A stretch of DNA of 64,000 nucleotides from a virus: positions 1-64,000 of the IMG/VR virus record IMGVR_UViG_3300032053_005343; one strand, written 5' to 3'. Positions 1 through 9,077 of this stretch are shown in pieces; the stretch's first letter is position 1; the number at the start of each line of letters is the position of its first letter. The position numbers were made by a program, and so were the translations under genes. The notes under the pieces were generated by a model, which had not been told where the DNA came from, ran no database searches, and worked only from the letters and a program-made list of their open reading frames with translations.

Positions 1-20
1 ATGATGCAATACTCAAATTC

Positions 21-221
21 ATGTATAATCTGGGCCTGTCTCTGTCTCAAATGTCGGAGATATTGGGCGTAGATTCAACAACAATATCGAAAAGATTCAC
101 CCTGATTGACTTCCCCACGAGAATTCTTTGTCAAGCCAAGGGTGTTAGGTACACAAAAGAAGAGTTTAAAAGATTTTTTATGAACGACAGATTTAAAGAA
201 CTTATAAGGGAAAGAGAATAG
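21..221 (+). CDS. HTH DNA-binding protein; probably the 3' part of a gene starting before the window
   Basis: HTH-like LSLSQMSEILGVDSTTISKR; the frame is open back to the window start. Confidence 0.55.
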   Translation: MYNLGLSLSQMSEILGVDSTTISKRFTLIDFPTRILCQAKGVRYTKEEFKRFFMNDRFKELIRERE

Positions 222-223
222 AT

Positions 224-1201
224 ATGGCTACATATTACGTAAGTAACGCAACTGGCCTCGACACAGACTCTGGATTGACGGAGGCTCTTGCTTGGAAAAC
301 CGTGGACAAAGCCATGAATACGGTAGCGGCTGGCGACAAGGTTTGGGTCAAGGCCGACGGGAACTACGCCGAGCTTGTTACGATAGACACCGCAGGGACA
401 AATTTGAATCCCATTATATTTGAGGGTTATACTTCTGTTACCGGAGATCTTGGAATTGCCACAATAACGGGCTCAAGCAGTAGGGCAAATTGCATTACTA
501 CTGGTATCACTACCAATGCCTATTATATTTTTAAGAATTTTCGCTTTACTGCTTCAACAAGTTGTTGTGCCAACCTCGTTATTCCGCATTATGTATTTGA
601 TAATTGTCAGTTTGATAGTGCGACTGGAGATGGTGGTTGTAGTTGTGATTTTGCAATTTTTATAAATTGTAAATTTAATGATAATACCGGAGATGGATGC
701 AATACAGGAAATTTAAGTAGAACCGCATATTTTATAAAATGTCAATTTTATCGTAATAGTTTAAATGGTCTTAATAATGCGGCTGGCGGATGTGTCGCGT
801 TGTTTTGTAAATTCTTTTCCAATGGTAGCGACAATATATCTAGTGGCGGTTCTAATGATCAAGCGTTAGTTGTTGCTAATTGTACTATAGATGGAGATAG
901 CAAGGATTCTAATAATGGTATCCATTCAGTCGGTATAGGTTCAATTAGATCTATTATAGTTTTAGTAAATAGTATTATATATGATTGCGCAATTGGAGTA
1001 GGGATAGATCACGACAGGGGTAAATATCAAGTTTCTAAAAATAATTTAATAAATTCAAATACAACTGATTATTCAAGTTTTTTGGCTGGTGATAACGAAC
1101 TTACATCTGCTCCAGGGTTTACTAACGAGGTCGGAGGAGCAGATTATACCCCCGCTGCTGGAAGTCCATTAATTAATGCTGGATTTGATGGAGGTAGTTA
1201 G
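224..1201 (+). CDS. Right-handed parallel beta-helix (pectin-lyase-like) virion adhesin/depolymerase
   Basis: N-terminal TYYVS..G.D..SGL...AWKT...A.....AGD.V.VK motif; repeated (F)xNCxF rungs; C-terminal DYTPAAGSPLINAG. Confidence 0.75.
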   Translation: MATYYVSNATGLDTDSGLTEALAWKTVDKAMNTVAAGDKVWVKADGNYAELVTIDTAGTNLNPIIFEGYTSVTGDLGIATITGSSSRANCITTGITTNAYYIFKNFRFTASTSCCANLVIPHYVFDNCQFDSATGDGGCSCDFAIFINCKFNDNTGDGCNTGNLSRTAYFIKCQFYRNSLNGLNNAAGGCVALFCKFFSNGSDNISSGGSNDQALVVANCTIDGDSKDSNNGIHSVGIGSIRSIIVLVNSIIYDCAIGVGIDHDRGKYQVSKNNLINSNTTDYSSFLAGDNELTSAPGFTNEVGGADYTPAAGSPLINAGFDGGS

Positions 1202-1226
1202 AATTTTTTATTAAAAGGAGAATTAA

Positions 1227-1838
1227 ATGGCAGACCAAAAAATTAGTGCGTTGCCAGCGGTTGTAGCGGCATCCGGAACAGATGAAATTCATACTAATGA
1301 ATCTGGTGTGTCAAAAAAGGTTACGGTTGCACAAATAGCGGCTTTTATTGGAAGTAGTCCTATTACTATTAAAGCTTTAGCATCCAATCTATTGTTGGGT
1401 GGTTCAACCGTGGAAAAGGTTACGGGTTTAGATCAGGTTGTTGGGGTTGGGACATGGATTTTCAACTACTATATACGGTATAGATCGTCAACAGCTACTA
1501 CGGGAATGAAGTTTGCAGTAAATCATTCCGGCACTGTTACATCTTTCGTGGCTAATAGTCGGTGGGTAGGAGTTTCATCTTCAGATGCTACTGGCAATGC
1601 AACGCAGGATGGGGGAAATTTTGTAGTAACTTCAAGAGCCGCCCGTGCTATTAGTACTTCCGAGTGGGGTGGAACAAATAATGTAGACACAACAGACGCG
1701 GATATGCTAATGATCATCGAGGGATTAATGGTTGTTACTGTATCGGGCGATATTCAATTATATGCCGGAAATGAAATAAACAGTTCACACGTTACGGTTA
1801 TGGCAAATAGTTCTCTTATTCTAACGAAGATTGCATAA
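1227..1838 (+). CDS. Virion fibre/spike protein with MADQKISAL-type N-terminus
   Basis: AAAGGAG RBS; N-terminus typical of phage fibre proteins; beta-rich C-terminal domain. Confidence 0.55.
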   Translation: MADQKISALPAVVAASGTDEIHTNESGVSKKVTVAQIAAFIGSSPITIKALASNLLLGGSTVEKVTGLDQVVGVGTWIFNYYIRYRSSTATTGMKFAVNHSGTVTSFVANSRWVGVSSSDATGNATQDGGNFVVTSRAARAISTSEWGGTNNVDTTDADMLMIIEGLMVVTVSGDIQLYAGNEINSSHVTVMANSSLILTKIA

Positions 1839-1840
1839 TA

Positions 1841-2647
1841 ATGTCTAGTAGAATTCTTTTAGAAAATAGTAGTATTGATGGAGAACTTCTAGAAAACGGA
1901 AGTGGAGTTATACTTCTTGAATCGTTAAATTTATTTATCCGTGCAAATAATGCAGACATCGGTGCAATACAAGTTCCAGGGATGGATATAGGGGCTGTTC
2001 AATCGACGGCTGCTGTCGCAGTAGCTTTTAGTGGAAATTTAGATTTATTCATTCATGGGTTTTCCTCGCAAACCGATAATATTAATTTAATAATTACGGG
2101 ATATGAATCTTTTAGCCAATCATTGGATCTTTTTATAAACGGAAGTATTCAAACAACAGATAACTTGGATTTAACGATTACTGGGTATGACACAAATAAT
2201 GATAGTATAATCTTGTTTGTGAATGGGGCGGATTCGGAAAACAACAATCTTGATTTATTCGTAAACGGATTTGAAACTGATAATAATGCCATAGAATTGT
2301 TTATAAACGGTAAAGAATTACAAGACAATAATTTAGATTTATTTATCAGCGGACACATTACAGAAATAGATAATTTAAATCTTTTTATACATGGCAGAGA
2401 TTCTATTACAGATAGTATTGATTTAATAATAACGGGCGAGGAAGCAAACAATCAATCTCTTAATCTCTTTATCTTAGGTTTTGATACAAGTTCTAATAAT
2501 ATAGATTTGTTTATGGATGGGGATATTTTCCCGGAAGAAGGTGATGTTCGATATGGTGTAACATATAATTATGGTTCGCAAACTGGAGTTCTTGTGCTTC
2601 CGGAAGAGGGCGATGTGCGTTTTAATGTTGGTTATGGTGTGTTATAA
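1841..2647 (+). CDS. Repeat scaffold protein: N-terminal LLExG motifs and two DIGAxQ motifs, ~12 14-aa LDLFIxG repeats, C-terminal PxExDVRxGVxYG repeats
   Basis: Repeats read directly from the translation. Confidence 0.6.
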   Translation: MSSRILLENSSIDGELLENGSGVILLESLNLFIRANNADIGAIQVPGMDIGAVQSTAAVAVAFSGNLDLFIHGFSSQTDNINLIITGYESFSQSLDLFINGSIQTTDNLDLTITGYDTNNDSIILFVNGADSENNNLDLFVNGFETDNNAIELFINGKELQDNNLDLFISGHITEIDNLNLFIHGRDSITDSIDLIITGEEANNQSLNLFILGFDTSSNNIDLFMDGDIFPEEGDVRYGVTYNYGSQTGVLVLPEEGDVRFNVGYGVL

Positions 2648-2672
2648 TATTTTTTAAAAAGGAGAAGAGAGT

Positions 2673-3050
2673 ATGTCAGAATTTACAGGTACGTTTGTGG
2701 TTCCATCAGATGATGATGTGGAGTTTGGTGTTGGTTATGGAGAGAGTGGGACGGAGTTTACGGGAACCGTAACTCTTCCTGCATCGGGTAATGTTGCTGT
2801 CGGTGTTCAGTATGGTGCCGATGGAACTGAATTTACCGGAACAGAACCAACTGATTTTCCATCGAATTATGATGTTAGAGATGGTGTTACCTATCAAGGC
2901 GCATCGGAAACAGGTAATTTAACACTTCCATCTGTTGGAGATGTTGAGGCGGCTGTTGATTTCGGAGGTAGTGGAACACAGTATACAGGAACGTTCGTTG
3001 TACCTGCGGAGGGTGATGTTCGATCTGGTGTAGCGTTTGGTGCTCCGTAA
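2673..3050 (+). CDS. Small 25-aa-repeat protein (EFTG..P...DV..GV.YG)
   Basis: AAAGGAG RBS; ~5 repeats; starts MSEFTG and ends FGAP. Confidence 0.7.
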   Translation: MSEFTGTFVVPSDDDVEFGVGYGESGTEFTGTVTLPASGNVAVGVQYGADGTEFTGTEPTDFPSNYDVRDGVTYQGASETGNLTLPSVGDVEAAVDFGGSGTQYTGTFVVPAEGDVRSGVAFGAP

Positions 3051-3132
3051 TAGGAAGTTGTTTTATATATAAAAAAGGGGATCTAATTATAATAAAAGAT
3101 TTTAATATCCCTCCTTTGATTGGACAATTATA

Positions 3133-3348
3133 ATGCCATTAACATTTCCTAGTGAATACGATGTACGATCAGGAGTACAATTTGGTCCAACTACTGGTAC
3201 AGAATTTACCGGGAACTTTATACCACCATCAACTGGGGATGTGGAAAGTGGTGTTCAATTTGGCGGAAGTGGAAATGAATTCACGGGGGTGTTTATCGTT
3301 CCGTCTCCAGATGATGTTAGAGATGGCGTAGGATTTGGTGCTCCGTAG
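3133..3348 (+). CDS. Small 25-aa-repeat protein
   Basis: ~3 repeats; ends FGAP like the 2673 ORF. Confidence 0.65.
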   Translation: MPLTFPSEYDVRSGVQFGPTTGTEFTGNFIPPSTGDVESGVQFGGSGNEFTGVFIVPSPDDVRDGVGFGAP

Positions 3349-3357
3349 GAGTTTATA

Positions 3358-3540
3358 ATGTCAGAATTTAATGGTATAATTATACTACCGTCAGAGAACG
3401 ATGTTGAGGCGGGTATTATGTATGGAACTAGTGGCATTGAATTTACCGGAAATATGATTCCCCCAAGTTCATCTCAAGTAATAGATGGAGTTGAATTTGG
3501 TGGTAGTGGAACAGAATTTACTGGAACTTTTACTTGTTAA
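3358..3540 (+). CDS. Small 25-aa-repeat protein
   Basis: AGGAG RBS; starts MSEFNG and ends EFTGTFTC. Confidence 0.65.
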   Translation: MSEFNGIIILPSENDVEAGIMYGTSGIEFTGNMIPPSSSQVIDGVEFGGSGTEFTGTFTC

Positions 3541-3551
3541 AAAGATAAAAT

Positions 3552-4127
3552 ATGTCTGAATTTACAGGAAATATGGTTATCCCTTCTCCTTATGATGTCA
3601 GAGATGGGACACTAGTGGACGAAGGTTCTGGTAATTTTACTCTTCCTTTAATCGAACAAGTAGTTGATGGAGTTGGATTTGGTACAAGTGGGACCGAATT
3701 TTTAGGAACTTTTGTTTGTCCAGGATCGGGACAATTAACGGATAATATCAATTTATTTATTCGTGGAAATATATCTGGAACCCCATCGGTTGGAGATGAT
3801 AATTTTGGAATAGAATTAGATCAATTGTTCAAAAATGGTGATTTTAATCCACAAATTATTGGTAGATTTACAACTAATCCTTCGAGCGTGACAATAGAGG
3901 TGTGGGATGCGATAAATAATAATTCTATAGTTTCTTTATCAAGTGTTGACTGTTATGAAATAGGGAACACCGATCGGTGGGCTTTCTCTACCATTAATTT
4001 ACCACCGCTTACAAGAAGAGTGAATCAATATGTGTTTAAAATGACGGCGAATACAGCGGAAGTGTTCGAAGGAGAGTTTATATTAAAAACTAAAAAAGTG
4101 GGTAAAGAAAGAAAAAGGAGAAGGTAA
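3552..4127 (+). CDS. 25-aa repeats + one LDLFIxG-type repeat + C-terminal beta-sandwich-like anchor domain
   Basis: Starts MSEFTG; contains DNINLFIRG; C-terminal domain aligns by eye with 4129..4458. Confidence 0.6.
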   Translation: MSEFTGNMVIPSPYDVRDGTLVDEGSGNFTLPLIEQVVDGVGFGTSGTEFLGTFVCPGSGQLTDNINLFIRGNISGTPSVGDDNFGIELDQLFKNGDFNPQIIGRFTTNPSSVTIEVWDAINNNSIVSLSSVDCYEIGNTDRWAFSTINLPPLTRRVNQYVFKMTANTAEVFEGEFILKTKKVGKERKRRR

Positions 4128-4128
4128 T

Positions 4129-4458
4129 ATGGCTCTTGTGGAATATGAATATTCATTATTAGAACCGATTTCAATTATTGGAGATTTTACTACTGGCGAG
4201 ACAGTGAATATTGAATTGTGGCAAGACGGAATCTTACAAACTATCACCTCCAGTGGATGTACCGAGATTGATGAGACGGGAAAATTTGGCTGGTCAACTG
4301 GAAATATCGCCGTATTGACCGCGAGTAAGGTTCAATATCACTGGAAAATGCAAGATGGTTCTAGTAATTCTGTTGAGGGAGACTTTGTTTTACAATCGGT
4401 AGAAGGAGAAGATGGTGGATTCCCAAGAGATAAGGATAGTTATATTTTAAGGATTTAA
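4129..4458 (+). CDS. Stand-alone paralog of the C-terminal domain of 3552..4127; probable virion protein
   Basis: Shared IIG.FTT...V.IE.W, C.EI..T....ST.N, QY..KM and EG.F.L motifs. Confidence 0.6.
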   Translation: MALVEYEYSLLEPISIIGDFTTGETVNIELWQDGILQTITSSGCTEIDETGKFGWSTGNIAVLTASKVQYHWKMQDGSSNSVEGDFVLQSVEGEDGGFPRDKDSYILRI

Positions 4459-4462
4459 AACG

Positions 4463-4969
4463 ATGGAAACTTGGAGAAATGTACGTGGATATGAAAATAT
4501 CTACCAAATATCGAATAAAACTTTTGTCAAAAATATAAAAACTGGTAAAATTTTGAAGCAAAGACTTACCCATAATGGATATCTGTATGTTAGGTTGTCT
4601 AAGAATGGATTGGGAACGATTAAAAATATTCATGTTTTGATGCTAGAAGCATTTATTGGTCCGAGACCAATTAATTGTGTTTGTAGACATTTGGATGGCA
4701 ATAAATTAAATAATAATATCAATAATTTGCGATGGGGAACAAGATCTGAAAATGCACAAGATTCTATTAAACATGGAACTTTTCATATTCCAGACAACAG
4801 AGGATCTAAATGTGAAACCTCTAAATTGAACGACTTACAAGTAAGTATAATTAAAAAATTATTAAAAGATAACTATTTGACACATAAAGAAATAGCAATA
4901 ATATTTGGCGTTAGTGCTCGTAATATTAGGGATATCAAAAATGATAAAATATGGAGACATATAAAATGA
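4463..4969 (+). CDS. NUMOD4-HNH-HTH homing endonuclease
   Basis: ETWRNVRGYENIYQISN (NUMOD4); CRHLDGNKLNN..NNLRWGT.SEN (HNH); C-terminal HTH. Confidence 0.9.
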   Translation: METWRNVRGYENIYQISNKTFVKNIKTGKILKQRLTHNGYLYVRLSKNGLGTIKNIHVLMLEAFIGPRPINCVCRHLDGNKLNNNINNLRWGTRSENAQDSIKHGTFHIPDNRGSKCETSKLNDLQVSIIKKLLKDNYLTHKEIAIIFGVSARNIRDIKNDKIWRHIK

Positions 4970-5502
4970 GTTGGGACGTAGACTTGGTAACTATATTGAG
5001 AGTATTGATCGGCGATTTAAATTTGCCACAAAAGAACACTGACATCTATCTCAAGAAAATTTTAATTACGGCAGGAGTTCTTGTTTCTAATGAAATAGAT
5101 TTAAGTAATAATTATGTGTTTGATATTACTGGCGTTACCATTGTCCCAGATCCGATAATATTGGGGGATATTCAAGTTCAGGCATTGTTGCCACTAAAAG
5201 CAAGTTGTCTTTTAAATCAATCTGATTTTAGAATAGCTTTGTCTCAAGGAGTAAGTATACGCGACGGAGATACCCAAATTACAACGTCTGTGAGTTTCGC
5301 AGGCTACGCCGACATCCTCAAATTAGGCCCATGTAAATCCTACGAATTATTAATTAATAAATTAACCGCCGCCTCAAGTTCATTGGTCGGTGGCGCTGTT
5401 TTGGGCGCATATCGTGGTCCTAGTGATAGTGCTATTTCTACTGTCGCGTGGTTCTACGATCAACTTGCATTACCAATTGAGAGAGTAAATAGAAGATATT
5501 AA
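4966..5502 (+). CDS. Putative head-tail adaptor (likely start MSWDVD at 4966)
   Basis: LRVLIGD N-terminal motif; first gene of the neck block; ATGA overlap with the HNH stop. Confidence 0.5.
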   Translation: MSWDVDLVTILRVLIGDLNLPQKNTDIYLKKILITAGVLVSNEIDLSNNYVFDITGVTIVPDPIILGDIQVQALLPLKASCLLNQSDFRIALSQGVSIRDGDTQITTSVSFAGYADILKLGPCKSYELLINKLTAASSSLVGGAVLGAYRGPSDSAISTVAWFYDQLALPIERVNRRY

Positions 5503-5511
5503 ACGTGTTTA

Positions 5512-6102
5512 ATGGCAATACTAACAAATAATTTAAATTTAAACATACGTGGATCACAACCAGCCCCAGAAATTTCTTGTCCCGCTCTTGATCCCAATGC
5601 CTCGATACAAATAAGCGATGACCTTATACAAATTTATCAGTCTCGCATAGATGCTTTAATTAATCAACTAGGAAAGAATGTCTATTTGATATTTGATCCT
5701 ATTATAGAACCATGTACAAATTGTACTTTTGACGTTGTAGGAAATAGATCAACAGGAATTTATAAGATTGGTGGACCTGTTTCCTTCTCTCGCGGACAAA
5801 AGTGTCCATATTGTAAATCTGTTGGCTTCCTTGAAAGAGAAAATGCTAAATGTATTAAAGCGTTAATTAAATGGGCTCCTGTAGAAATGAAAAATTTTGG
5901 AATTTCTGTTCAAAAAACCGAGGGAGTAGTTCGTTTGAAAACTTTCCTAACAGACGTGCCAGATCTTGTGCGATGTAAATACGCCATAGTTAACCACGAC
6001 ATAGAGGAAATTTTGAAACTTCGAGTGAGATTGATTCAGGGACCGATTCCTGTGGGGCTTCGGGAAGATCGTTACTCGATAAGTTTTTGGGAGACGCTCT
6101 AG
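5512..6102 (+). CDS. Putative head-closure/neck protein with Zn finger (short paralog)
   Basis: CxxC...CPYC; follows the adaptor; highly similar to the last ~185 aa of 9078..13646. Confidence 0.55.
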   Translation: MAILTNNLNLNIRGSQPAPEISCPALDPNASIQISDDLIQIYQSRIDALINQLGKNVYLIFDPIIEPCTNCTFDVVGNRSTGIYKIGGPVSFSRGQKCPYCKSVGFLERENAKCIKALIKWAPVEMKNFGISVQKTEGVVRLKTFLTDVPDLVRCKYAIVNHDIEEILKLRVRLIQGPIPVGLREDRYSISFWETL

Positions 6103-6969
6103 ATGGAGAATTTAGTTGGACAAAAATTTAATAGATTAACACCAATTGAATATGTTGGCAGAACAAAAAGGGGGGTTCCTAAATGGCTTTGTTTGTGTGA
6201 TTGTGGCAATAAAACAATAGTAACAAGTGGTCATTTAAAGAATGGTCATTCCAAAAGTTGCGGATGTTTTAAAAATGAAAAAACAATACAAAGAAATAAA
6301 GCAAATGCGGGATTAAATAAAAATTGCTGGACAAAAGACGAAATGGAATTTTTAAAAATTAATTATCCGTTTCATGGCACAAGATTTTGTATGAAGAATC
6401 TTAATAGGACGAAAAGGGCTATAAGTTCAACGGCATCGAAACTGGGTTTAAAAACCGCAATAGCTTCTCAAGGAGTGCCTCAAAAAAATATAATTAAAAA
6501 AATATCGAACAGCAAGGTTTTAAGTTTGTGCCAAATTCATGGAGAAACAATACATTATTGTAGAAAAAATAAAATAATTTATTGTTTGAAGTGTCGTCAC
6601 AAAAATCCTGTTAATAATTTTGCTTCAAGAATAAGAAGTTTAATTAGACATGCTTTTAAGAAAATCTCGATTAATCATAGTTATATTCCAAGAGGGGGAT
6701 TTCGTAACTTGGATTATAGTCCAATAGAATTATATAACTATCTCGAAAATACTAGAGAACTACAAAATAATAAGTGTCCACATTGTTATACCTCTTACGA
6801 TAAATGTGAAATGAATATAGAACACGTTATTCCTCTCGCAACAGCCAAGACCGAGCAACAAGTTATAGATTTATTTTGTTTACAAAATTTGAATTTAATG
6901 TGCAAATCATGCAACTCATCAAAAAGTGACACAGATTATAAAATTTGGATGGAGAATAAATGTGTATAA
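6103..6969 (+). CDS. HNH endonuclease (CxCDCG N-terminus, C-terminal HNH); paralog of 14338..15246
   Basis: WLCLCDCG..KSCGC; CPHC...EHVIPL...NLNLMCKSCNSSK. Confidence 0.85.
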   Translation: MENLVGQKFNRLTPIEYVGRTKRGVPKWLCLCDCGNKTIVTSGHLKNGHSKSCGCFKNEKTIQRNKANAGLNKNCWTKDEMEFLKINYPFHGTRFCMKNLNRTKRAISSTASKLGLKTAIASQGVPQKNIIKKISNSKVLSLCQIHGETIHYCRKNKIIYCLKCRHKNPVNNFASRIRSLIRHAFKKISINHSYIPRGGFRNLDYSPIELYNYLENTRELQNNKCPHCYTSYDKCEMNIEHVIPLATAKTEQQVIDLFCLQNLNLMCKSCNSSKSDTDYKIWMENKCV

Positions 6970-6980
6970 GTATATGGAGA
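6961..6980 (+). promoter_or_regulatory. Candidate late-promoter motif TGTGTATAA
   Basis: Similar motif at 19496, 21952, 24298, 42206, 43898 and 45501, mostly upstream of structural genes. Confidence 0.5.
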
Positions 6981-6984
6981 TTAT

Positions 6985-7410
6985 ATGATAGAAGAAATAA
7001 AATTAAAAGCTAATGTACATATTATACTTCGTGGTCCTGATGGTAATATCAAACATGAAAGTGTTCATAATACCGTTACAACTGCCGGAAAAAATGGAAT
7101 AGCGGATCAAATTTTAGCATCTCCAACTTTAGGCAAACCAACACATATGGCAGTTGGAACAGGGTCTCCTTCGGCAACTGCTTTGGGGACAGAACTAGAT
7201 AGAAATGCCAATACTTCGAAAACAAGAAGTGATGCTGTTGTTACTATTATTGGAGATTGGGCTGCGGGAGATGGGACTGGAACATTAACTGAAGCTGGTA
7301 TATTTGACGCTTCGTCTAACGGTAATATGTGGATGTCTGCATCTTTTTCTGCTCTTGTTAAAGGTGCTGCGGATACTCTTCAAATTACCTGGACTCTTAC
7401 TGTGAGTTAA
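6985..7410 (+). CDS. Fibre-attachment/baseplate-type beta domain protein
   Basis: N.VTTAG...IA..I, AVGTG, T.L..ELDR and TEAGIF motifs, typical of phage fibre N-terminal/collar domains. Confidence 0.55.
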   Translation: MIEEIKLKANVHIILRGPDGNIKHESVHNTVTTAGKNGIADQILASPTLGKPTHMAVGTGSPSATALGTELDRNANTSKTRSDAVVTIIGDWAAGDGTGTLTEAGIFDASSNGNMWMSASFSALVKGAADTLQITWTLTVS

Positions 7411-7413
7411 TAA

Positions 7414-7935
7414 ATGGCCACTCGTTTATATTTAAGTGCCGCCGCTGAAACGGTTCCTATTTCTCCTGCCCCAGATTCGGGGTGGGAAGACATATCTATT
7501 TTAGCAAGATGTTTGTGTGGAACTTCAAAACGTGGATTAGCAATGACTACAGTTTCTTTCTCGGATGCAAACTATGCCAATAAAGATATACTATTTAGGC
7601 AATATATATCCCCCCCGCTTGTCCCTGGTGTATTACTTACTTTTCCTGGCGGCGATGAAGCCGTACCCATATATGCTTCTTGTAGAGTACTTGAATCAGG
7701 ATCAAGTAATAATATGTTTTTTACACTTGGGATTAGAATAATCGCAAGCAATGGAACGACCGTTAGAAGAACACTTTTAAATGTAAAAAGAGATTATCTT
7801 GAAGCGAGCGATACTCTTTTTCAGAGTAGAGCTATTAATGATGCCGATGGTGTTTTTTGTAGTACTGGTTCTTATACAACCCAAGCTGGTGATCGTTTGG
7901 TTATTGAGATAGGTATGGGGGGTGATCCTGTCTAA
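7414..7935 (+). CDS. Virion protein, N-terminal part (possibly split from 7935..8174)
   Basis: Ends abruptly GDRLVIEIGMGGDPV*; TAATG overlap with the next ORF. Confidence 0.5.
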   Translation: MATRLYLSAAAETVPISPAPDSGWEDISILARCLCGTSKRGLAMTTVSFSDANYANKDILFRQYISPPLVPGVLLTFPGGDEAVPIYASCRVLESGSSNNMFFTLGIRIIASNGTTVRRTLLNVKRDYLEASDTLFQSRAINDADGVFCSTGSYTTQAGDRLVIEIGMGGDPV

Positions 7936-8174
7936 TGGCTGGTTCTCATTCATCAGATATGCGACTGGGTGATGCTAGTGCAACTGATCTAGCCTTTAAT
8001 GATGTTACAACTACGGATAATAGTCCGTGGGTAGAAATAGGCATTGATATAGGATTAGTTCTTACACTGTCTTTATCTGATACTGTTACTATTACCGATA
8101 ATTCTAGTCGAGTTCTTGGGGGTCAAAGCCAAGCCCCTCGTTCGATGCATCAATTTCGTCAAAGGAGAATTTAA
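7935..8174 (+). CDS. Virion protein, C-terminal part, with basic C-terminal tail
   Basis: LGDASATDL..DNSPWVEI; LSLSDTVTITD; ends PRSMHQFRQRRI. Confidence 0.45.
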   Translation: MAGSHSSDMRLGDASATDLAFNDVTTTDNSPWVEIGIDIGLVLTLSLSDTVTITDNSSRVLGGQSQAPRSMHQFRQRRI

Positions 8175-8951
8175 ATGGGTATGTGGTTAAAACAATCAAC
8201 ATCAGTAGATGTAGGGATTGGTCCATTTGTCGATAATACTGATGGATTTACGGCGGAAACAGCCCTTACTCTTACCCAGCCAGATATTCGTTTGAAGAAA
8301 AATAATGGAAATTGGGCACAAAAGAATGCTGCGCAGACACTCTCTCATGAAGAAAATGGTTGGTATGAACTTACACTTGATGCAACAGACACAAACACAC
8401 TTGGAATTCTTCTTGTGTCGGTTCAAGAGTCAGGTGCTCTTCCTGTTTGGCATGAATTTCAAATAGTTTCGGCCAATATTTATGATTCATTTATTGGAGG
8501 AGGAGATGTACTTGATGTAAATGCTGTTCAATGGCTGGGTACAAATTTATATGCTCCTATTTATGCTGGACTTCCTGATGTTAATCTTCTATTATATGTT
8601 GGTGGAGTGCCTAGTACTTTAATTGGTGGACGAGTGCCTGCGCATGTTGGAGCAATGGCAAATAATGTAATTACATCTGGTATTATTGCTGCCGATGCAA
8701 TTGGAGCAAGTGAACTTGCTGCGGATGCTGTAACCGAGATTGCTGATGCTATACTTAAAAGGGATATGGGTGCCGTAAGCGGAGAATCTGCTCGATCACT
8801 TTTAAATGCTATTAGAAAACTCATGAATAAATGGTCTATTTCTGGAACAGTTTTAACAGTTACTAAAGAAGATGATTCAACCACAGCATATACTCAAAAT
8901 ATAACTTCTACATCTAATGCGGATGCTATTACTGGATTGGATACAAATTAA
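8175..8951 (+). CDS. Virion fibre/adaptor protein (WLKQST N-terminus)
   Basis: AAGGAG RBS; IAADAIGASELAADAV.EIADA shaft; C-terminal LTVTKEDDSTT domain. Confidence 0.55.
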   Translation: MGMWLKQSTSVDVGIGPFVDNTDGFTAETALTLTQPDIRLKKNNGNWAQKNAAQTLSHEENGWYELTLDATDTNTLGILLVSVQESGALPVWHEFQIVSANIYDSFIGGGDVLDVNAVQWLGTNLYAPIYAGLPDVNLLLYVGGVPSTLIGGRVPAHVGAMANNVITSGIIAADAIGASELAADAVTEIADAILKRDMGAVSGESARSLLNAIRKLMNKWSISGTVLTVTKEDDSTTAYTQNITSTSNADAITGLDTN

Positions 8952-8952
8952 C

Positions 8953-9075
8953 ATGGATTTTATAGGATATAAAACTGGAACAATTTCTATTGGATTGTTA
9001 GGTTTATTAGATTTCATTGGATATCCTATTGTAAAAATTTCTCCTGATATAATTATAGCCACTGACGGAGAATAA
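8953..9075 (+). CDS. 40-aa micro-protein with two DFIGY motifs (absent from the ORF track)
   Basis: MDFIGYKTGTISIGLLGLLDFIGYPIVKISPDIIIATDGE* fills the gap exactly; the motif matches the N-terminus of the next gene (GILDFIGYP). Confidence 0.6.
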   Translation: MDFIGYKTGTISIGLLGLLDFIGYPIVKISPDIIIATDGE

Positions 9076-9077
9076 AA

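Noticed and set aside
3075-3115. GGGAT...ATCCC inverted repeat as terminator or ncRNA
   Set aside because: Short stem, long AT-rich loop and no clear U-tract; too weak to call
2640-3560. Stop-codon reassignment or readthrough joining the small repeat ORFs
   Set aside because: The junctions use mostly TAA, have variable spacers with further stops and RBSs, and long genes elsewhere read normally in code 11
4463-4969. Group I introns around the HNH genes
   Set aside because: The flanking genes look complete and abut the HNH ORFs, leaving no room for a ribozyme core
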